A stretch of DNA of 32,000 nt from Fastidiosibacter lacustris. GTDB taxonomy: Bacteria; Pseudomonadota; Gammaproteobacteria; Francisellales; Francisellaceae. The notes beneath the pieces were generated by a model. That model did no database searches, was not told where the DNA came from, and was given only the letters and a program-made list of their open reading frames with translations. The position numbers and the translations under genes were made by a program. Positions 28,118 through 32,000 of the stretch are shown piece by piece (the first letter of the stretch is position 1; each line of letters starts with the position of its first letter). The stretch lies in NCBI RefSeq assembly GCF_003428155.1, contig NZ_QLIR01000003.1:90001-122000 (forward strand). Direction: 5' to 3'.

Positions 28118-28714
28118 TCATGAGCTTGACTTTTTTAAAGCATACAGTTGAATAATTAAATCAGAAAGCTTAGAAAGTTCTTTGTTACGTTGATCTAAAG
28201 ACAAATTCTCAAAATCACATTCATCATCAAAGCCTAATATTTCATCAATAACAGATTCAATTTGTGGATTTAAGTGCCATGCAGCTTCAAAATACTCAAA
28301 GCCACGTTCAAACCCATCTAGCCAAAGGTCAATCGCAGGCATGGCTTGACCTTTGTACATTTTATGATAAACGAATGGTTCAAAGTCAACAAGTTCATTG
28401 TCAAAACAGTGCTTAAGTGTATCGTAGTGTTGAGCAATACCTTCAAGCAATTTAGTTTGCTCTGCTGGGTCTTTGAAATGTGGCAAGGAACCTTCTTGCC
28501 AAACACCTTCTAACCAATCTTGCTCATCTATAAACTCAGGGCATAGTAATACTGCAGTTAAATATCCATCTAACATGGATAATGAAAAAATATGCTCATC
28601 ACCAGTGAAGTTTTGTTCTGGTTCAGGATACAGGTTTAATAGTAATTCATCAAATTCATTGATTTTCTTAAGATCGAGTTTTAAGGGTCGTTTTTTATCA
28701 GCTTTAGGGCTCAT
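28118..28714 (-). CDS. YecA-family (UPF0149) protein lacking the C-terminal SEC-C metal-binding motif
   Basis: 198-aa ORF with a GGAG SD. Segments LDGYLTAVLLCPEFIDEQDWLEGVW, FEPFV and LWLDGFERGF parallel E. coli YecA (LDGLLTAVLSSPQEIEPEQWLVAVW, FEPLF, EWCFGYMRGV). There is no CPCGSGKK-type Cys motif at the C-terminus. Confidence 0.7.
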   Translation of the reverse strand: MSPKADKKRPLKLDLKKINEFDELLLNLYPEPEQNFTGDEHIFSLSMLDGYLTAVLLCPEFIDEQDWLEGVWQEGSLPHFKDPAEQTKLLEGIAQHYDTLKHCFDNELVDFEPFVYHKMYKGQAMPAIDLWLDGFERGFEYFEAAWHLNPQIESVIDEILGFDDECDFENLSLDQRNKELSKLSDLIIQLYALKKSSS

Positions 28715-28840
28715 ATATACTCCGTTTTTAGTATCATTTTTTTATATCCATGCTGAATTTATAACGCATGAGAGAACGTAATAAAGTTATTTTTAATTTA
28801 ATAAGAGTGGGGTTAAAAGTAATAAATAGTATAAATGATT

Positions 28841-30160
28841 TTAAAAGACTTTGAGAGAGCCTAACATGATTAAAAAACAACAAATGGTAATAATTAAAGA
28901 CATTGGCGTGATTTGGCTGCGATCTTGGATCATGGTGATAATAAACCATGTTACCATCCCCCAAACGATGCCTTCTGAAATTGATAGCGTAAGTGGCATC
29001 AAAATAATAGTCATAAATGCAGGAATGGCATGGGATGTATCATCCCATTGAATTTGCTTAACGGAGGATAACATAAAACTTCCCACAATAACTAAAGCAG
29101 GTGCGACAACGTACATTGGGACCATCATTACAATGGGTGCTAAAAACAAAAAGGGTAAAAACAATATTCCGACGATAACTGCTACTAAGCCAGTACGCCC
29201 ACCAACGGAGATACCCGTCACAGATTCAACGTAAATCGAAGTAGGGGAGCTGCCCATGAGGCCAGAGCTTGCTGATGCAAATGAGTCTACGATAAGGGAT
29301 TGTTTGATACGAATCGGTTGACCATCTTTATCAAACCAATTAGAAGATTGTGCAAGACCGATTAAGGTGCCAGTGCTATCAAAAATATTGATAAATAGAA
29401 AAGTAAAAATTGCAGGAAGAGCAGCTACTTTTAGGCTACCTGACCAATCAATTGCAAAAAAGAGTGAAAAATCTGGCCATGATACAATATCGTTTGGTAA
29501 GTGCATGATGATGTTATCACCAAATATGCGTCCAACTGGAAAAGCTAATATGCAACCCAATACAATCATCAATAAAATAGCAGCTTTAATGCGTAGCGCT
29601 AGAAAAATGGTAAGCGCAAAAAAACAAATCAAAAATATAAGCGTTTCTGCTGTTAATGGTGCGATTGCCAACAAACCAGATGGTGCTTGGTATATAACAC
29701 CAGCATTATAAAAGCCAACCAAAGCAATAAAAATACCAATTCCTGCACCAATACCATGCTTTACACCATCAGGGATGCCAGCCAGAATTTTAGTACGAAC
29801 ATTGAAAATAGCTAAAAGTGCAAATAGTACACCTGACCAAAAAACCGCACCCAGTGCAACTTGCCAAGGAATCTCCCAAGCTTTAACGATAGTGTACGTA
29901 AAAAAGACATTCATTCCCATTGCTGGTGCTAAAGCATAAGGGTTTCTGGCATAAACTCCCATAGCAATCGAGGCAAAGGCTGAAATAATCACTGTACTTG
30001 TCACAAGTGCACTTTCTGGCATTCCAGTTTGTGAGAGAATTTTCGCATTAACAACAATAATATACAGCGTCGCCAAAAAGGTGGTTAAACCTGCAATAAG
30101 TTCAGTGCGTAAAGATGTATTATATTTAGAAAATTGAAAGTAATTTTGTAAAAAATTCAT
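28841..30160 (-). CDS. NCS2/AzgA-family purine (adenine/guanine/hypoxanthine) permease
   Basis: 439-aa polytopic ORF. The N-terminus NTSLRTELIAGLTTFLATLYIIVVNAKIL is typical of AzgA-like purine permeases (E. coli PurP/GhxP/AdeQ group). Confidence 0.85.
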   Translation of the reverse strand: MNFLQNYFQFSKYNTSLRTELIAGLTTFLATLYIIVVNAKILSQTGMPESALVTSTVIISAFASIAMGVYARNPYALAPAMGMNVFFTYTIVKAWEIPWQVALGAVFWSGVLFALLAIFNVRTKILAGIPDGVKHGIGAGIGIFIALVGFYNAGVIYQAPSGLLAIAPLTAETLIFLICFFALTIFLALRIKAAILLMIVLGCILAFPVGRIFGDNIIMHLPNDIVSWPDFSLFFAIDWSGSLKVAALPAIFTFLFINIFDSTGTLIGLAQSSNWFDKDGQPIRIKQSLIVDSFASASSGLMGSSPTSIYVESVTGISVGGRTGLVAVIVGILFLPFLFLAPIVMMVPMYVVAPALVIVGSFMLSSVKQIQWDDTSHAIPAFMTIILMPLTLSISEGIVWGMVTWFIITMIQDRSQITPMSLIITICCFLIMLGSLKVF

Positions 30161-30284
30161 AATTATTGAGTAAACCTTATTACCTTTGAGACATTCCAGC
30201 GCGGTATTGTATCATGAAATAAAAAACATACTAGTGTACCTAAATCCTAAACCTGCTTACAATATGCTGATTTACTTTGATTCT

Positions 30285-30300
30285 CATAATATATATTATG
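30285..30300. promoter_or_regulatory. Perfect 16-bp AT-rich palindrome CATAATATATATTATG upstream of the purine permease. It may act as a -10 region or as an operator.
   Basis: The sequence is its own reverse complement. It lies 125-140 nt upstream of the permease ATG (30160). On the - strand TTAGGT-17 nt-TATATT can be read through it. Confidence 0.25.
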
Positions 30301-30319
30301 TTAAATTAATACCTAATAA

Positions 30320-30341
30320 AGATAAAAGATAAATTTTATCT
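30320..30341. promoter_or_regulatory. AGATAAA-AGATAAA-t-TTTATCT: a 7-1-7 perfect palindrome (30327-30341) plus one extra direct half-site (30320-30326). Candidate operator.
   Basis: Read directly from the sequence. It lies between the gdh terminator and the permease promoter region. The GATAAA-t-TTTATC core loosely resembles a Fur-type 6-1-6 box (GATAAT-n-ATTATC). Confidence 0.25.
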
Positions 30342-30351
30342 CCTAACAACT

Positions 30352-30384
30352 AAAAAAACACATATCTGGTTTTTCCCAGATGTG
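30352..30384 (-). terminator. Rho-independent terminator of the glutamate dehydrogenase gene
   Basis: On the - strand, CACATCTGG-gaaaaa-CCAGAT(AT)GTG forms a 6-bp stem plus 3 bp across a 2-nt bulge. TTTTTTT follows immediately (plus-strand A7 at 30352-30358). It lies about 70 nt downstream of the gdh stop. Confidence 0.7.
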
Positions 30385-30451
30385 AGACTCAGACAAAAAA
30401 TGAAAAAACTCCTTTCCGTAGAGCTCATTTCTGTTTTATCTTGTCTCTGTT

Positions 30452-32000
30452 TCACCTTGCGCGAGCAAGGTCATCTAAACTTCTAAAAGCAATATTTACG
30501 GATTCAAGGTTAGGCTCATCGGCACGCATATCTTCAATTAAACCTAACCAGCGTGCAATGTAGCTTTTATTAAGGTCAAGCCAATACTGTATTTTTGCTT
30601 CAACACCTTCAATATCTAGACATAGCTCAATCACGCGCTTAACAAGGCGATATTGTAATTTATCTAAGTCATCCCTTAATGCTGAAGTTGAAAGCGTACC
30701 CCAATACGATTGTTTACTACCTAAGTTATTAATACATCCCCTAAACCATGACAACCATAATTTTTGATTCAACAAAATAGAAATTTCTTCAAATAGCTTC
30801 TCATCTTGAATTACTTCAATTGCCGCAGTTAAATCCATTACCGAGGTTGCCATTTTAAATGACAAGACACTATCAATGATATCTTGTGGTACGCCTGCTT
30901 CTAACAACGCAGCAGATTTACGCTCAATACGTTGTTTTTCAGATGAAATAAGAAGCCTTGGGAAAACTTTTAACGATTCAGTTGCTGATATGGCATATTT
31001 TTCAATAGTTTGATTAATTGCAAAACCACGTGTCTCATTACGTAATATCCAACGGCAATTTCGTCTAACAAATCTAAATAAGATTTGCAAACATTCTTGT
31101 TGGCTTTCGCTAGAAACTTTGCCATTTAGGTTTTCAACCTTTTGCCATATTTGATTCAAGCCAAAAATTTCAACAATCGCACAAAATGCCTTAATAATAT
31201 CGGCAACAGAAGCACCAGTTTCATCATATAGTCTCTGAATAAAAGTAACACCCATGTATAAAGTTACAGCATTGGTAATTTGAGTCGCGATAATCTCTCT
31301 TTTAAGCTTATGACTTTGCATTAAATTCACATACTTTTCGCGTAATACTTTTGGAAATTCCCATAATAAAAAGAATGAAAAATAAGGGTCATCAGGCAAG
31401 TCTGACTTTAAGATTTGTTGTTTAATCATTGTTTTGGTGTATGCCATAATCACAGCAAACTCAGGAGCAGTTAAGCTTTTACCAGATACAGCTCTTGTTT
31501 GTAATAACTTATCAGTTGGCAAATATTCAACTTCACGATCAAGTTGCATTTTACGCTCAAGCTCACGCATCAAGCGTGCATAAGATTCAACAAAGTAGCG
31601 TTCCTGATATTTCAACTCATTAGCAATAGTCCTGTTTTGACTATAATTATTTTCAAGCACCAACTTTGCTACATCATCAGACATTTCTGCCAATAACTTA
31701 TTCCTACTTTGCATAGAAATATCACCACATTCGACTGCTGCATTAAGTAGAATTTTAATATTCACTTCGTGATCTGAACAATCAACTCCTGCGGCATTGT
31801 CTATCGCATCAGTGTTGATTGCACCACCTTTTAAGGCATATTCAATACGACCTAATTGAGTAAAACCAAGATTCCCCCCCTCCCCCACTACTAAGCAGTT
31901 TAGATCACGACCATTAACACGTAATGAATCATTGGCTCGATCACCTACATCTTGATGACTTTCAGTATGCGCCTTAACGTAGGTACCAATTCCTCCATTC
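30452..32000 (-). CDS. gdhB: NAD-specific glutamate dehydrogenase, large (~1600 aa) Bac_GDH family, C-terminal ~515 aa (5' end outside the window)
   Basis: GGNLGFTQLGRIEYALKGGAINTDAIDNAAGVDCSDHEVNIKILLN is the conserved catalytic-domain motif of large NAD-GDHs. The frame stays open upstream of the ORF-track start (GTG at 31888) to the window edge (...GGIGTYVKAHTESHQDVGDRANDSLRVNGRDLNCLVVGEGGNLG). Confidence 0.85.
   Translation of the reverse strand, partial: NGGIGTYVKAHTESHQDVGDRANDSLRVNGRDLNCLVVGEGGNLGFTQLGRIEYALKGGAINTDAIDNAAGVDCSDHEVNIKILLNAAVECGDISMQSRNKLLAEMSDDVAKLVLENNYSQNRTIANELKYQERYFVESYARLMRELERKMQLDREVEYLPTDKLLQTRAVSGKSLTAPEFAVIMAYTKTMIKQQILKSDLPDDPYFSFFLLWEFPKVLREKYVNLMQSHKLKREIIATQITNAVTLYMGVTFIQRLYDETGASVADIIKAFCAIVEIFGLNQIWQKVENLNGKVSSESQQECLQILFRFVRRNCRWILRNETRGFAINQTIEKYAISATESLKVFPRLLISSEKQRIERKSAALLEAGVPQDIIDSVLSFKMATSVMDLTAAIEVIQDEKLFEEISILLNQKLWLSWFRGCINNLGSKQSYWGTLSTSALRDDLDKLQYRLVKRVIELCLDIEGVEAKIQYWLDLNKSYIARWLGLIEDMRADEPNLESVNIAFRSLDDLARAR

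Noticed and set aside
30161-30284. Purine (guanine/adenine) riboswitch in the 5' leader of the purine permease
   Set aside because: I read the - strand leader (…ATACAATACCGCGCTGGAATGTCTCAAAGGTAATAAGGTTTAC…). It lacks the conserved J2-3/J3-1 elements (…UUUCUACC…/…CCGACUAUG…) and the three-helix junction arrangement of the purine riboswitch.
30397-30483. 28-codon + strand ORF (MKKLLSVELISVLSCLCFTLREQGHLNF) with a signal-peptide-like look
   Set aside because: It has no SD, overlaps the 3' end of the gdh gene on the opposite strand and lies just upstream of that gene's terminator. It most likely arose by chance.
31886-31888. Apparent truncation or frameshift of the glutamate dehydrogenase gene at the GTG start given in the ORF track
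   Set aside because: Manual translation upstream shows the same frame continuing without a stop to position 32000, with GDH-like sequence. The track simply starts at the first start-type codon.

Overview
AT-rich chromosomal segment, probably from a gammaproteobacterium. LigA, YfgM-BamB and the rng-yhdP pair support that placement. The fused metIQ gene is an architecture I recall from Francisellaceae annotations, so Thiotrichales is a guess, not a call. The window is densely packed with 25 supported protein-coding genes, almost all housekeeping or transport. On the + strand: dxs (3' end), ligA, purK, an orphan acidic protein, a MarC-family protein, two MFS transporters, a complete oppABCDF-type peptide ABC importer and a SufS-type cysteine desulfurase. 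Then follow a convergent metN-metIQ methionine importer and a yfgM-bamB-(Bcr/CflA MFS) operon on the - strand, then divergent rng-yhdP on the + strand. The remaining - strand genes are nnr (yjeF), a YecA-like protein, an AzgA-type purine permease and the 3' part of a large NAD-specific glutamate dehydrogenase that runs off the window. I found no rRNA, tRNA, CRISPR array, IS/transposase/integrase, prophage genes, or recognisable defence or toxin-antitoxin modules. I see no convincing evidence for a novel multi-gene system here. The accessory-looking part is about 3.9-8.2 kb. It holds an orphan protein, a 34-codon upstream ORF with a strong SD whose stop overlaps the SD of a markedly AT-richer MFS gene, and a GC-elevated non-coding spacer. 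Other items worth a second look are three tandem 10-bp repeats with a 7-3-7 palindrome over an extended -10 upstream of oppA, the MetI-MetQ fusion with a linker TM helix, palindromes upstream of the purine permease, and very tight or overlapping convergent gene ends. All functional calls rest on motif recognition by eye in the supplied translations; no database search was run.
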